DNA of 52,364 nucleotides. Origin: Coriobacteriales bacterium. GTDB lineage: Bacteria > Actinomycetota > Coriobacteriia > Coriobacteriales > UBA8131. The notes below the pieces were generated by a model. The model saw only the letters and a list, made by a program, of their open reading frames with translations. It was not told the DNA's origin and made no database searches. A program made the translations under genes and the position numbers. Shown piece by piece: positions 17,241-26,170 of the stretch; positions within the stretch are counted from its first letter, which is position 1, and each line of letters begins with the position of its first letter. The stretch is from contig JAITOC010000101.1 in NCBI GenBank assembly GCA_031290175.1, forward strand, positions 1-52,364. Direction: 5' to 3'.

Positions 17241-17872
17241 GTAGTATAAAGCTCTGCGGCTTGTCGCGTTTTGAAGACGTGGCGGCGGTCAACGCGGCAT
17301 TGCCTGATTATGCGGGCTTCGTGTTCGCGTCCAGCAGGCGGCAGGTTGATGCGACACGAGCACGCCGCTTGCGAGCGAAACTCGATGAGAGAATCGTACC
17401 CGTGGGCGTATTCGTTGACGCCCCCGTTGCCGAGGTCGTTGCACTCTGCCGGGAGGGAGTCATCGCAATGGTGCAGCTGCATGGCAAGGAGTCAGAGGCG
17501 TATATCGATGAGCTCAAAGCTGCCTGCAAGGTGCCGGTTATCAAAGCCCTGCGTGTTGGGGGTGGCGAGCAGGGTGCTTGCGGGCTGAGCAGCTACGAGC
17601 AGGGCGCTTATGCACAGGCGGACTTCCTGCTCTTTGACGGGGCAAAGCCGGGGAGCGGGCAGAGCTTTGATTGGAGTGGACTTGGGCGTATCCACAGACC
17701 GTACTTTTTGGCGGGTGGGATAAACCTGCATACCATCGAGGCTGCGTTGGCACTTGAGCCCTATGGCATAGATGTGAGCAGCGGGATTGAGACAGAAGGA
17801 CGAAAGGATTGCGAGAAGATGCTTAAAATTGTTAGTTTAGTTCACAATTATAGCGAAAGGAAAGGTGCCTGA
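17237..17872 (+). CDS. trpF: phosphoribosylanthranilate isomerase
   Basis: GTG start overlaps the trpC stop. KLCGLSR...A...GADY.GFVF pattern; LAGGIN near the C-terminus. Confidence 0.9.
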   Translation: MSSIKLCGLSRFEDVAAVNAALPDYAGFVFASSRRQVDATRARRLRAKLDERIVPVGVFVDAPVAEVVALCREGVIAMVQLHGKESEAYIDELKAACKVPVIKALRVGGGEQGACGLSSYEQGAYAQADFLLFDGAKPGSGQSFDWSGLGRIHRPYFLAGGINLHTIEAALALEPYGIDVSSGIETEGRKDCEKMLKIVSLVHNYSERKGA

Positions 17873-19056
17873 TGACACGCGGAAGATTCGGCGTCTTTGG
17901 AGGGCAGTACATTCCCGAGACGCTCATGAACGAGCTTATCGACCTTGAAACGGCATACGAGCACTACAAGCAGGATGCGACATTCCGCGCTGAGCTCAAA
18001 GGTCTGCTCGACAACTATGCCGGTCGGCCTTCGTTGCTGTACTTTGCAAAGCACATGACAGAGGATCTAGGGGGTGCAAAGGTCTACCTGAAGCGGGAAG
18101 ACCTTAATCACACGGGTTCACACAAGATAAACAATGTGCTGGGGCAGACCCTGCTTGCCCAAAAACGTGGCAAGACCCGTGTGATCGCTGAGACCGGTGC
18201 CGGGCAACACGGTGTTGCAGCGGCTACCGCAGCAGCCTTGCTCGGGATGGAGTGTGAGGTTTTCATGGGGCGCGAAGACACCGAGCGACAGGCGCTTAAC
18301 GTGTATCGCATGGAGCTTCTGGGGGCGCGCGTGCATACGGTAACGAGCGGCACGCAGACGCTCAAGGATGCCGTGAACGAGGCCATGCGTGAATGGGTGA
18401 GCCGCGTGGAGGATACCCATTATGTGCTGGGGTCGGTCATGGGGCCACATCCCTTCCCAACCATGGTGCGGGATTTTCAGGCAGTCATAGGCGCGGAGGC
18501 GCGCGAGCAAATCCTTGCGGCTGAGGGCGCGCTGCCTGCAGCAGTGCTGGCCTGCGTGGGCGGTGGCAGCAATGCGATAGGGCTGTTCTACAACTTTATC
18601 GACGACGCTGGGGTACAGCTCATAGGGTGCGAAGCAGCGGGGCTGGGGCTTGACACCCCTCAACATGCGGCGACCATCGCAAAAGGTGAGGTGGGCGTGT
18701 TCCACGGCATGAAATCGTACTTCTGCCAGGACGAGCATGGACAGATCGCACCAGTCTACTCTATATCCGCCGGCTTGGATTATCCGGGCATCGGACCGGA
18801 ACACGCACAGCTGCACGCTACGGGTCGCGCGACCTACGTACCCGTCACCGACGATGAAGCCGTGGATGCCTTCGAGTATCTGGCGCGCTGCGAGGGCATC
18901 ATCGCCGCTATCGAAAGCGCCCACGCCGTGGCTCACGCCCGCGTGTTGGCACCCACGCTGCCCCGCGAGAGCAGCATCATCGTGTGCCTGAGCGGTCGCG
19001 GCGATAAAGACGTCGCGGCTATCGCACGGTATACCGGGAGGGAGATCAATGAGTAG
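17872..19056 (+). CDS. trpB: tryptophan synthase beta chain
   Basis: [16 protein letters not shown] (PLP lysine), GAGQHG and GGGSNA motifs. TGATG overlap with trpF. Confidence 0.97.
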   Translation: MTRGRFGVFGGQYIPETLMNELIDLETAYEHYKQDATFRAELKGLLDNYAGRPSLLYFAKHMTEDLGGAKVYLKREDLNHTGSHKINNVLGQTLLAQKRGKTRVIAETGAGQHGVAAATAAALLGMECEVFMGREDTERQALNVYRMELLGARVHTVTSGTQTLKDAVNEAMREWVSRVEDTHYVLGSVMGPHPFPTMVRDFQAVIGAEAREQILAAEGALPAAVLACVGGGSNAIGLFYNFIDDAGVQLIGCEAAGLGLDTPQHAATIAKGEVGVFHGMKSYFCQDEHGQIAPVYSISAGLDYPGIGPEHAQLHATGRATYVPVTDDEAVDAFEYLARCEGIIAAIESAHAVAHARVLAPTLPRESSIIVCLSGRGDKDVAAIARYTGREINE

Positions 19057-19822
19057 AATCGCAGAGGCTTTTGAGCAGGGTTCGACATTTGTGGGCTTCG
19101 TAACAGGAGGGGATCCTTCCATCGCACGGAGCGAGGAGTACATCCTCGCGATGATCGATGCCGGGGCAGACCTTATCGAGATCGGCATACCCTTCTCCGA
19201 TCCCGTTGCAGAAGGTCCGGTGATCCAGGAGGCAAACCTGCGTGCCCTGGCGGCAGGCACCACCGTTGATACCCTGTTTGACCTGGTGCGTTCGCTCAGG
19301 GAGAAAACCGAGGTTCCTCTCGTCTTTCTCACCTACCTCAACCCGGTGCATCACTACGGGTACGAGAGGTTCTTTGCCGCCTGCCAGGAAGCCGGGGTGG
19401 ATGGGATCATCATCCCTGACCTGCCCTATGACGAGAAGGACGAGCTCGCGGGGGTTGCTGCCACGCACGAAGTTGCCCTGATCTCACTGATCGCGCCAAC
19501 CTCGGAAGGGCGCATACGAGCCATCGCCCGCGACGCGACCGGCTTTATCTACCTGGTCTCATCCCTAGGTGTCACGGGCGTGCGCACCAACATCAGCACC
19601 GACCTGGAAGCTATTGTGAAGACGATACGCGAGGTGACCGAAGTACCCGTCGCCATAGGTTTCGGCGTGCACACACCCGAGCAGGCGCAGACTCTCGCGC
19701 AGGTTGCCGATGGCGTCATCGTAGGAAGCGCCATCGTGAAGATCATCGCCGCAGACCCCGACACCGCAAGCAGCAAGCTGCATCGTTACGTGAGCGAGCT
19801 GAAGCGAGCAATGATGCGCTGA
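19049..19822 (+). CDS. trpA: tryptophan synthase alpha chain
   Basis: [22 protein letters not shown] and [10 protein letters not shown] motifs. Overlaps the trpB end by 8 nt. Confidence 0.95.
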   Translation: MSRIAEAFEQGSTFVGFVTGGDPSIARSEEYILAMIDAGADLIEIGIPFSDPVAEGPVIQEANLRALAAGTTVDTLFDLVRSLREKTEVPLVFLTYLNPVHHYGYERFFAACQEAGVDGIIIPDLPYDEKDELAGVAATHEVALISLIAPTSEGRIRAIARDATGFIYLVSSLGVTGVRTNISTDLEAIVKTIREVTEVPVAIGFGVHTPEQAQTLAQVADGVIVGSAIVKIIAADPDTASSKLHRYVSELKRAMMR

Positions 19823-19878
19823 GGGGAGGGTCGCGGGGGTTGAACTGAACCATGGGCTTCTGGCCTGCCGGTCTACAA

Positions 19879-19909
19879 AAAGATAGCTCCCTTCGTGGGA
19901 GCTATCTTT
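19879..19909. terminator. bidirectional intrinsic terminator between the convergent trpA and lipoprotein genes
   Basis: Perfect 13-bp stem AAAGATAGCTCCC / GGGAGCTATCTTT with loop TTCGT. The A/T runs at both stem ends give U-tracts on either strand. Confidence 0.6.
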
Positions 19910-19974
19910 GTAGCTGCGGGTTAAAGTACAGGTCGAACAAGGTCATCCACGGGGGGATAACAGGTCAAACGCGG

Positions 19975-20397
19975 TTATTCAAGGGCGTAGGGTATCTCTA
20001 TCCTCTCCCCGTTTTTGTATAGGACAATCGTTGCGTTGTTGCGATCGTACTGGAACAACGCCCCTGCTGAATCCTCTGCTCCGTCCTCAACTGCTATGAT
20101 ATTGTAGTTAAAGATGCCTGCTTCCTTTGCCATGCTGGCGACCTTGCTCGCTGCATACTCAGCGAGAGCCTGACGCTTGTCATCGGCTGCGTTTGCCCAA
20201 TCAAAGCTCGGATTCACATAGATAGTGTAGTTCTTGAAATCGACTCCGTTACTGTTCTGCGCAGTTTCACCGACACGAACGATATACTTCTCGTTGGGAT
20301 CAGCGCCATCGCCACAACCGGACAGTGCTACCAAAGAACCCAGCGACATCGCCACCATAAGCACTGTCAAGATAACAGCTACAATCCTTTTTTTCAT
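19975..20397 (-). CDS. small lipoprotein (hypothetical)
   Basis: ATG at 20397 is preceded by GAGGAG. Lipobox signal MKKRIVAVILTVLMVAMSLGSLVALSGC. The longer track ORF (to 20640) overlaps the upstream gene and lacks an RBS. Confidence 0.6.
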   Translation of the reverse strand: MKKRIVAVILTVLMVAMSLGSLVALSGCGDGADPNEKYIVRVGETAQNSNGVDFKNYTIYVNPSFDWANAADDKRQALAEYAASKVASMAKEAGIFNYNIIAVEDGAEDSAGALFQYDRNNATIVLYKNGERIEIPYALE

Positions 20398-20449
20398 GTT
20401 TAACTCCTCATCATAATTAATCCACCACGTTATAAAATTATACCACTCA

Positions 20450-21604
20450 TTATGCGCCATCTTCGGCCTGGGACTCCTCGCCCCCTTCTGCGCCCTCATT
20501 TGACCCGTCTTCAGATTGATCCGGTTGCTCATAATCAGGAGACGCTCCCTCTGGCTCCCCCTCCGGCAAATCAGTACCAGCGGGCTGCTCCGGAGCCAGT
20601 TGTTCCTGCGCCGGCGCAACAGCAGGTGGAGTAGTCGCATCGTTGGTTGGAGCAGCTGAGGGAAGAGTGACTACCTCAAAATCGCTCACAACGAGGGTGC
20701 TTCCCAAACGCACCAGCTTGTAGAGGAAGACGACATCGTGTGTCGTGTTCCCACTGGGCAAGTTGATGATGTAGCGCGCATGCACGAGTGCGTAGACCGT
20801 TGCACCATCACGATATATCGTGCCAAAAGCGAGCTGATTGAATGAAATCTGACCACCCTCAGCAAGGCTCTTGTAATAGGCCTCTGCCTTGCTGCCCGGC
20901 CGCGTATTATCAAAGACGGTCTCATCGGCCTTGTTGGCGTAATTAACCCAATCGCTGTTGAGTTTGATGATGCGCCCAACCGTCACTTCGTCATACAGCA
21001 GCTTAACCTTCTGCGATTCCGTTGTGGTTGTCCCGTCAGGGTTTGTGACGGTCTTCTCATCCAACGCCTCTCTGAAAAAGTTGTTCAGGTACTTGCTCTC
21101 ATCCGCCGGATTGAGAGGATCAAACAGGGGCTTGAGCTTATCGGCATCCACGATGGTAAAGCTTGCGCCATAATTCTCCTTGGTGAGCGCTGAGTCATAA
21201 CCAATCTTGCCGATACCCTCGTTCCAGCCGAGCTGAGACTGAATGAGTGCTATCGGATTAGTGTTCGGTGCAATTTTCTCCCGGAAGGGACTGGCATCCC
21301 CTAGTGAGAGGGCCAATCCGACTATCAGGATATCAAAGACGAGAATGATTACGATGAGAAGCATCACGCGCTTACGCGAGAAGAAGTTCCCCTGTGCCTC
21401 TGCTGCCTTTGCCTGCGCTCGGGCTCGGCTGTTGGCTGTCGCCGGACGAGCAGTTGCTGCACGACGGCGCTTCATCCCAGCCTTCGCTGTAGCCTTTGCT
21501 TCCTTCTCCGCAGTTTTTGCATCTTCTTGGGCACGCCGAGCCGCTATATCATTCGACGACGTGGCTTTTCGGTTCTGACCATCTGTTGCCATTCCAAATA
21601 TCAT
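20450..21604 (-). CDS. type-II membrane protein with a basic cytoplasmic N-tail and acidic C-tail (hypothetical)
   Basis: ATG at 21604 with AAGGTGGA upstream. The Arg/Lys/Ala-rich N-terminal about 75 aa are followed by one TM helix (VMLLIVIILVFDILIVGLALSL), a globular external domain and an acidic Pro/Glu C-terminus. Confidence 0.6.
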   Translation of the reverse strand: MIFGMATDGQNRKATSSNDIAARRAQEDAKTAEKEAKATAKAGMKRRRAATARPATANSRARAQAKAAEAQGNFFSRKRVMLLIVIILVFDILIVGLALSLGDASPFREKIAPNTNPIALIQSQLGWNEGIGKIGYDSALTKENYGASFTIVDADKLKPLFDPLNPADESKYLNNFFREALDEKTVTNPDGTTTTESQKVKLLYDEVTVGRIIKLNSDWVNYANKADETVFDNTRPGSKAEAYYKSLAEGGQISFNQLAFGTIYRDGATVYALVHARYIINLPSGNTTHDVVFLYKLVRLGSTLVVSDFEVVTLPSAAPTNDATTPPAVAPAQEQLAPEQPAGTDLPEGEPEGASPDYEQPDQSEDGSNEGAEGGEESQAEDGA

Positions 21605-21684
21605 CAATCCACCTTACTATTCGCCCTACATCCTTGCCACAGCAAAGGTCTGTTCTCCCCGCGATCTAGCCCCTAGGTCTTGAA

Positions 21685-23898
21685 TCAAAGGAGATTGTTA
21701 AAGCATCCACCCACAGATTCTATATCGATTATCCCAACATTCACCAACAACATCAAAAGAAAAACCTGAACAACGAGAATCAGGAACACAATGAGTATGA
21801 ATCCAATCCTGCTGATCGGTCGATCTGCGATCACGGCATCATCCTCATCAAGCAGCTCTGAGTCATCAATATCAAGTGAGACATCAACGGTAAGATCCTT
21901 GTCGCTGGGATCAGAGGGTTCTGGGGGTTGTAACTCGGCGCGCGTCTCATGGATGAAGCCTGGCTCAAGGGCAACCTCCTTAATAGTATCATGTCCAAAA
22001 TAGAAATCTGATGCAGGCTCAAGAGACAACGCGGGGTCTGAGCCGACCTCGAACCCGGGCTGAGCAGAGGCAGATGCTTCGTATAGAGGCTCCGTGTATT
22101 CACCTGCCGCTACAGACCCCTGCATATCGGATGTCCGTGATATCTCGGGCGTCTGCTGCAGAATGGTCGGCTCTGGTGTGTATGTTGGTGATGGTGTATA
22201 CACCTGCTCGATTGAAGGAACCACATCCACAGCCTGGGAAAAGGCATGCTCATAAGCCGGCTCGACGGTGGTGAGGGGCAGGTATACCGACGCCTCCAGA
22301 GCGGCCGCCTGATCCGCGCTCTCAAGCTCGGGTACCAAGGGCGCAATCTGCGCAAGAAAGTCATCGATCTCGTGCGTGCGCTCAAAAATCGGTGTTATTG
22401 TCGCTGGCTGCGGAACATCTATCGTCTGCGGCTCTGCGAAAGCCGAGGACTCGCGGGATTCCTCCGACCCCGTCGTGTAGACTTGGGGAAGAACGGGATC
22501 CTCAAGTATCGGCTCAACAGCATCATAAAGCTGCTCGACAACCGGCGTGACCTCGATCTCAACACTATCCACGGGCACATCGATTGTTACATGTTCATGG
22601 ACAACAGTCGCAGATGGCTCAAAGTCCGGTATCACATCAGGAACCATGAGAGGCTCGAGGAAGGCCTCCCCTCCCTCTTCACCCGATGGTGATGGCAGAG
22701 CCTCATATTCCGGAGACACAGCGGATTTGGACGACGGTTCGATTTCCGACTCAAAATCGGGAGCATACACGGGCCACGGAACCTGGAGGGGAGCCGGAAT
22801 GGTCGGCGGGGAAGGCTCAGGGCTGAATGCATGCGTGGCCTCAAGCGAAGGTTCGATGATCGGCGCAAGTTCGAGATCAAGCTCGAGCTCGGGCACGAGC
22901 CCGGACGCGGCGGTAGTCGCGACGGGAGGCTCGGCGATAGTCGCTCTTGGGGGCTCGATAACAGCCTGATCGTCTGGCTTGAAGTCCAGATCAAGCTCTT
23001 GGATGATGGTTACAGCCGAATCCGGCTCATCAGGGAATAAGCCGAAAAGACTCGAAAGCTGTTCTTCTGGTTCGATCTCGGGCACGGGCTCGATCTCGGG
23101 CACGGGTTCGATCTCGGGCACGATCTCGGGCGCAAGCGCAGGCGCGGGTGCAAATGTCTTTGCCCTAGGTTCGGGCACCTTCGGTGCCGGGGGTACCCTT
23201 AAGCCTGGTGCGGGCTCGACAGGAGCGGGCTCGAATACGACGGGCTCAAACACTGGTTCAAACACTGACTCGGACTCAGGCTCTGGTTCAGGTTCAAGCA
23301 CTGGCTTAGGTTCAAACACTGGTTCGACCTCAGGCTCAAGCACTGGCTCAGGCACTGGTTCAGGTTCAAACACTGGCTCGGACTCTACCTTGAGTAGCTC
23401 GCGCATCGATACAGGCGACACCGGCGGTGGAGCAATGGAGGGTTCCGGCCTGTCTCCAAAGATGGGGTCAAGCGATGAAACCAGCCCCGCAGCTAGAAAG
23501 GGGTCGAACTCAGGCTCTGGCTCGGGTTCGGGCATGACAGAGCGGAACGAGAGATCAAAGGGCAACTCTTGCTCAGAATCTGGAACGTCCTGGGGGGTTG
23601 TCTTTGGAACAGGGATTTCTGGTGCAAGAGAAATCCGCTCACTACCAAGAAACTCAGCAAGCAGCTCTCGTTTCAGTTCTTCCTTGAGCTCAGTCTTTAT
23701 CTCTTGTTTTACAGAGCTCGAAGTCACCAAGACAGAAGGAGCAACACCGAGGTCAGGGGTGACATCGGATACCAGAGATGCTATTTTGACCGCGATGACA
23801 TCCTCGGCTCCTGCAAAGGAGCCGAGAGAGAAAGCCTCTAAGCCAAAGAGCCCCGAATCGAGGCTCTCGTCCGCATGATCGTTCTGATCGACGCCCAT
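21685..23898 (-). CDS. very acidic Pro/Glu/Val-rich repeat protein with a C-terminal transmembrane anchor (hypothetical)
   Basis: 737 aa uninterrupted ORF starting 32 nt downstream of the bactofilin gene. EPVFEP / PEIEPV repeats. The single hydrophobic helix sits at the extreme C-terminus (IGFILIVFLILVVQVFLLMLLVNVGII). Confidence 0.65.
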   Translation of the reverse strand: MGVDQNDHADESLDSGLFGLEAFSLGSFAGAEDVIAVKIASLVSDVTPDLGVAPSVLVTSSSVKQEIKTELKEELKRELLAEFLGSERISLAPEIPVPKTTPQDVPDSEQELPFDLSFRSVMPEPEPEPEFDPFLAAGLVSSLDPIFGDRPEPSIAPPPVSPVSMRELLKVESEPVFEPEPVPEPVLEPEVEPVFEPKPVLEPEPEPESESVFEPVFEPVVFEPAPVEPAPGLRVPPAPKVPEPRAKTFAPAPALAPEIVPEIEPVPEIEPVPEIEPEEQLSSLFGLFPDEPDSAVTIIQELDLDFKPDDQAVIEPPRATIAEPPVATTAASGLVPELELDLELAPIIEPSLEATHAFSPEPSPPTIPAPLQVPWPVYAPDFESEIEPSSKSAVSPEYEALPSPSGEEGGEAFLEPLMVPDVIPDFEPSATVVHEHVTIDVPVDSVEIEVTPVVEQLYDAVEPILEDPVLPQVYTTGSEESRESSAFAEPQTIDVPQPATITPIFERTHEIDDFLAQIAPLVPELESADQAAALEASVYLPLTTVEPAYEHAFSQAVDVVPSIEQVYTPSPTYTPEPTILQQTPEISRTSDMQGSVAAGEYTEPLYEASASAQPGFEVGSDPALSLEPASDFYFGHDTIKEVALEPGFIHETRAELQPPEPSDPSDKDLTVDVSLDIDDSELLDEDDAVIADRPISRIGFILIVFLILVVQVFLLMLLVNVGIIDIESVGGCFNNLL
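23059..23541. repeat. in-frame short tandem/low-complexity repeats (PEPE, EPVFEP, PEIEPV x3) inside the 737-aa CDS
   Basis: The repeated DNA units are visible (e.g. CGGGCACGGG(C/T)TCGATCT x3 near 23085-23130) and correspond to aa about 120-280. Confidence 0.7.
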
Positions 23899-23930
23899 CA
23901 GTTTTATCTCTCATCCAAACGCTGCACAGA

Positions 23931-25907
23931 TTATAGGACCTCTTCAAACGGCGCTTCCAGATTCCCTTCCACGAGGGTTCTGACATTACCGTTAAGGACA
24001 GCTCCTGGCTCCACTGCAAGCGAAGCGGCAGAAACATCACCGAGGCAATAGGAGTGACTTCTCAGCACTACAACATTCTCCGCATTGATGCTTCCCTTGA
24101 CCTTACCATCGAAGATGATATTTTTGGTTGAAATATTGCCACCAACAACTGACCCATCATTAACGATTACGCCAGCAGCCGCAGCAAGGTTACCCTTGAC
24201 TCGACAGGTGTATAAGCCGATTTTCTCGCCACCCACATCTCCATGCACAACACCGTGTATGGCAACATCACCCTTTGCTTCGATATTACCACGGACACGA
24301 CCAACGATGTCTATATGACCATCGGTGATGATGTTGCCAAGCACCGTGGCCTCGCGAGTGATAATGGAAACGCCCTTCTCAACCGGCTCTTCCTCTATGA
24401 CCTCAGCTTCGGTGGAATCCTCATCGGGCTCCGCACTGAGCTCACTTGCGGGAACCGCCAGGGAGGTTACATCATCATAGGGGAGCTCGGCTGCAGATTC
24501 GGGCGCTACAGCGGACACAGGAGCGGGCTCGACTGACACCGGTGCATCGGGGGCAGGAGCAGGCGACACGGGTAGGGGCACTACGACATCCTCGACCTCA
24601 GGTGTGGACTCAAGTGCGACAGGAACATCCGTGTCTTCAGGAGCGGCCTCATCAGCCACTGCTTCCTGTATTTCAGCAACTTCAGGAGCAACCTCATCAA
24701 GCGCAACCTCTAGTGTTTCAGCAACTTCAGGAGCGGCCTCTTCAGCCACTGCTTCCTGTATTTCAGCAATCTCAGGAGCAGCCTCTTCAAACGCAACCTC
24801 AGCCTGAGCTTCAACAACCTCAGGAGCGACCTCTTCAGCCACTGCTTCCTGCGTTTCAGCAACTTCAGGAGCGGCCTCATCAAGCGCAACTTCAGCCTGA
24901 GCTTCAACAGCCTCAGAAGCAGCCTCTTCAGCCACTGCTTCCTGTATTTCAGCAATCTCAGGAGCAGCCTCTTCAAACGCAACCTCAGCCTGAGCTTCTA
25001 TTTCAATGGGCGGTGCAATAGCGGGGGCATCAACAGCAATAGCCTCTGCTGGAGTTTCAGCGAAGATTTCTGCAACGAAAGTTTCCCCCTCAACAGGAGC
25101 CTCTTGTGCTGCTGCATCGATTCCTTCTTCGATTTCTGCAACCGGGGCGGGAACATCCGCTTCCTCGAAAACCGCTACGGGCTCTACCGGCTCCACGACT
25201 TCCAGAACGTCCAGTGTCTCCAGGGGTTCTACAGGCTCGTCTACCTCTGCCTCTTCATCTACCTCCCTGAATGCCTCTACAGGGATGGTCTCCTCAAAGG
25301 CCTCTACAGGCTCTGCAGATGCGTACTCGTCTGCCTCCCTGAATGCCTCCGCAGGGATGCTCTCCTCAAAGGCCTCTGCGGGCTCAACGACCTCAAAGGT
25401 CTCTACGGGCGCGTACTCGTCTGCCTCCCTGAAAGCTTCTGTGGGTACACTCTCCTCAAAAGCCTCTACGACCTCTACAGGTGCATACTCATCTGCTTCC
25501 CTGAATGCCTCTGTAACTTCCAGAGGTGCATCTGCTTCCACGAAAATTTTTGCTCCCTGAGCAAGCTCCTCGGCGATGGTTCCATCAACTTCTGGAAATG
25601 TCTCGACCTTGACGGACACAAACCTCACGGTTGAATCGGCATCGAAAGGCAGGGCTTCTTCTGCTTCCCCATAGAGCGAAGCGGGGATTGCGTCGGGGAT
25701 ATCAGCACTGAAGGCTGTGGATTCTTCTTCCGCGCCCGCAAAGAGCGAGGCAGGGATTGCGTCGGGGATAACGGGAACGGGCGAATCGACATAGGCCGAA
25801 GTCGCTTGGGGTACGTCGGGCGGAACAGGAAACGTCCCCGGCGTCTCTGGAACCGGCTCGAATGCCGAATCACTAGGAAATATATTCACATTGTTATCCT
25901 CTGCCAC
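23931..25907 (-). CDS. bactofilin-domain cytoskeletal protein with an approximately 500-aa acidic repeat N-terminal extension
   Basis: The C-terminal about 125 aa match the bactofilin/DUF583 beta-helix pattern (VLGNIITDGHIDIVGRVRGNIEAKGDVAIHGVVHGDV..., ...GNLAAAAGVIVNDGSVVGGNIS..., GKVKGSINAENVVVL...GDVSAASLAVEPGAVLNGNV). GTG start with AGAGGTG upstream. Confidence 0.8.
   Translation of the reverse strand: MAEDNNVNIFPSDSAFEPVPETPGTFPVPPDVPQATSAYVDSPVPVIPDAIPASLFAGAEEESTAFSADIPDAIPASLYGEAEEALPFDADSTVRFVSVKVETFPEVDGTIAEELAQGAKIFVEADAPLEVTEAFREADEYAPVEVVEAFEESVPTEAFREADEYAPVETFEVVEPAEAFEESIPAEAFREADEYASAEPVEAFEETIPVEAFREVDEEAEVDEPVEPLETLDVLEVVEPVEPVAVFEEADVPAPVAEIEEGIDAAAQEAPVEGETFVAEIFAETPAEAIAVDAPAIAPPIEIEAQAEVAFEEAAPEIAEIQEAVAEEAASEAVEAQAEVALDEAAPEVAETQEAVAEEVAPEVVEAQAEVAFEEAAPEIAEIQEAVAEEAAPEVAETLEVALDEVAPEVAEIQEAVADEAAPEDTDVPVALESTPEVEDVVVPLPVSPAPAPDAPVSVEPAPVSAVAPESAAELPYDDVTSLAVPASELSAEPDEDSTEAEVIEEEPVEKGVSIITREATVLGNIITDGHIDIVGRVRGNIEAKGDVAIHGVVHGDVGGEKIGLYTCRVKGNLAAAAGVIVNDGSVVGGNISTKNIIFDGKVKGSINAENVVVLRSHSYCLGDVSAASLAVEPGAVLNGNVRTLVEGNLEAPFEEVL
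24636..24995. repeat. about 4 tandem copies of a 93-bp (31-aa) unit AQAEVAFEEAAPEIAEIQEAVAEEAA(S/P)E(A/V)VE inside the bactofilin CDS
   Basis: Near-identical 93-bp units can be read directly in the sequence; they are in frame and cover aa about 305-424. Confidence 0.8.
25242..25511. repeat. about 4 degenerate tandem copies of an EAFREADEYAPVE...EAFEE(S/T)(V/I)P.E unit inside the bactofilin CDS
   Basis: The protein-level repeat covers aa about 133-222, and the underlying DNA is visibly reiterated. Confidence 0.7.
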
Positions 25908-25953
25908 GTCACACCTCTAAATCGATTCTCGGTAGAGCAACCCTCAATGCCAT

Positions 25954-25981
25954 ATTGTACGAAAAATACAAGCGGCCACAA
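25954..25981 (-). promoter_or_regulatory. candidate promoter of the bactofilin cluster
   Basis: On the minus strand: TTGTGG (25981-25976), 16-nt spacer, TACAAT (25959-25954). It lies about 45 nt upstream of the GTG start. Confidence 0.3.
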
Positions 25982-26075
25982 GTACCTTGGACCACAACGG
26001 ACTACATTCTACCTTACTCAAGCCCTCACAAACAGGAGATACCGCAAAAAAGCTGTGCAAAAATCCAAAATATCG

Positions 26076-26100
26076 ACACGCCGCACCTATACGGCGGTGT
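26076..26100 (-). terminator. possible ribF terminator
   Basis: Imperfect GC hairpin (ACACGCCG...CGGCGGTGT), followed on the minus strand by a T-rich tract (ATATTTTGGATTTTTG...CTTTTTTG). Confidence 0.3.
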
Positions 26101-26170
26101 GTGACCTTGTGTTGCCAAACCGTGGACTCCAAACGCGGATCCGTAGCGTTGCATATGCACGGGTAAGACG

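Noticed and set aside
18118-19332. 404-aa minus-strand ORF across trpB/trpA. The same applies to the similar antisense ORFs at 13387-14229, 16344-17096, 16772-17482, 10519-11346 and 36545-37423.
   Set aside because: All are mirror frames of confidently identified genes. None has an RBS or a recognisable domain. They are GC-rich antisense artefacts.
22979-23878. 299-aa Ser/Gly-rich ORF, plus the Ser/Thr/Ala-rich ORFs at 24446-25021 and 25006-25560.
   Set aside because: They are the complement of the Glu/Pro/Ala/Val codon repeats in the acidic proteins. The sense frames carry the bactofilin domain and the TM anchor and have start signals; the antisense frames have none.
24636-24995. Regular 93-bp tandem repeats that superficially resemble a repeat array (CRISPR or satellite).
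   Set aside because: The units are contiguous, with no unique spacers. They are in frame within a long ORF and encode a coherent 31-aa protein repeat. No cas genes or leader are present.
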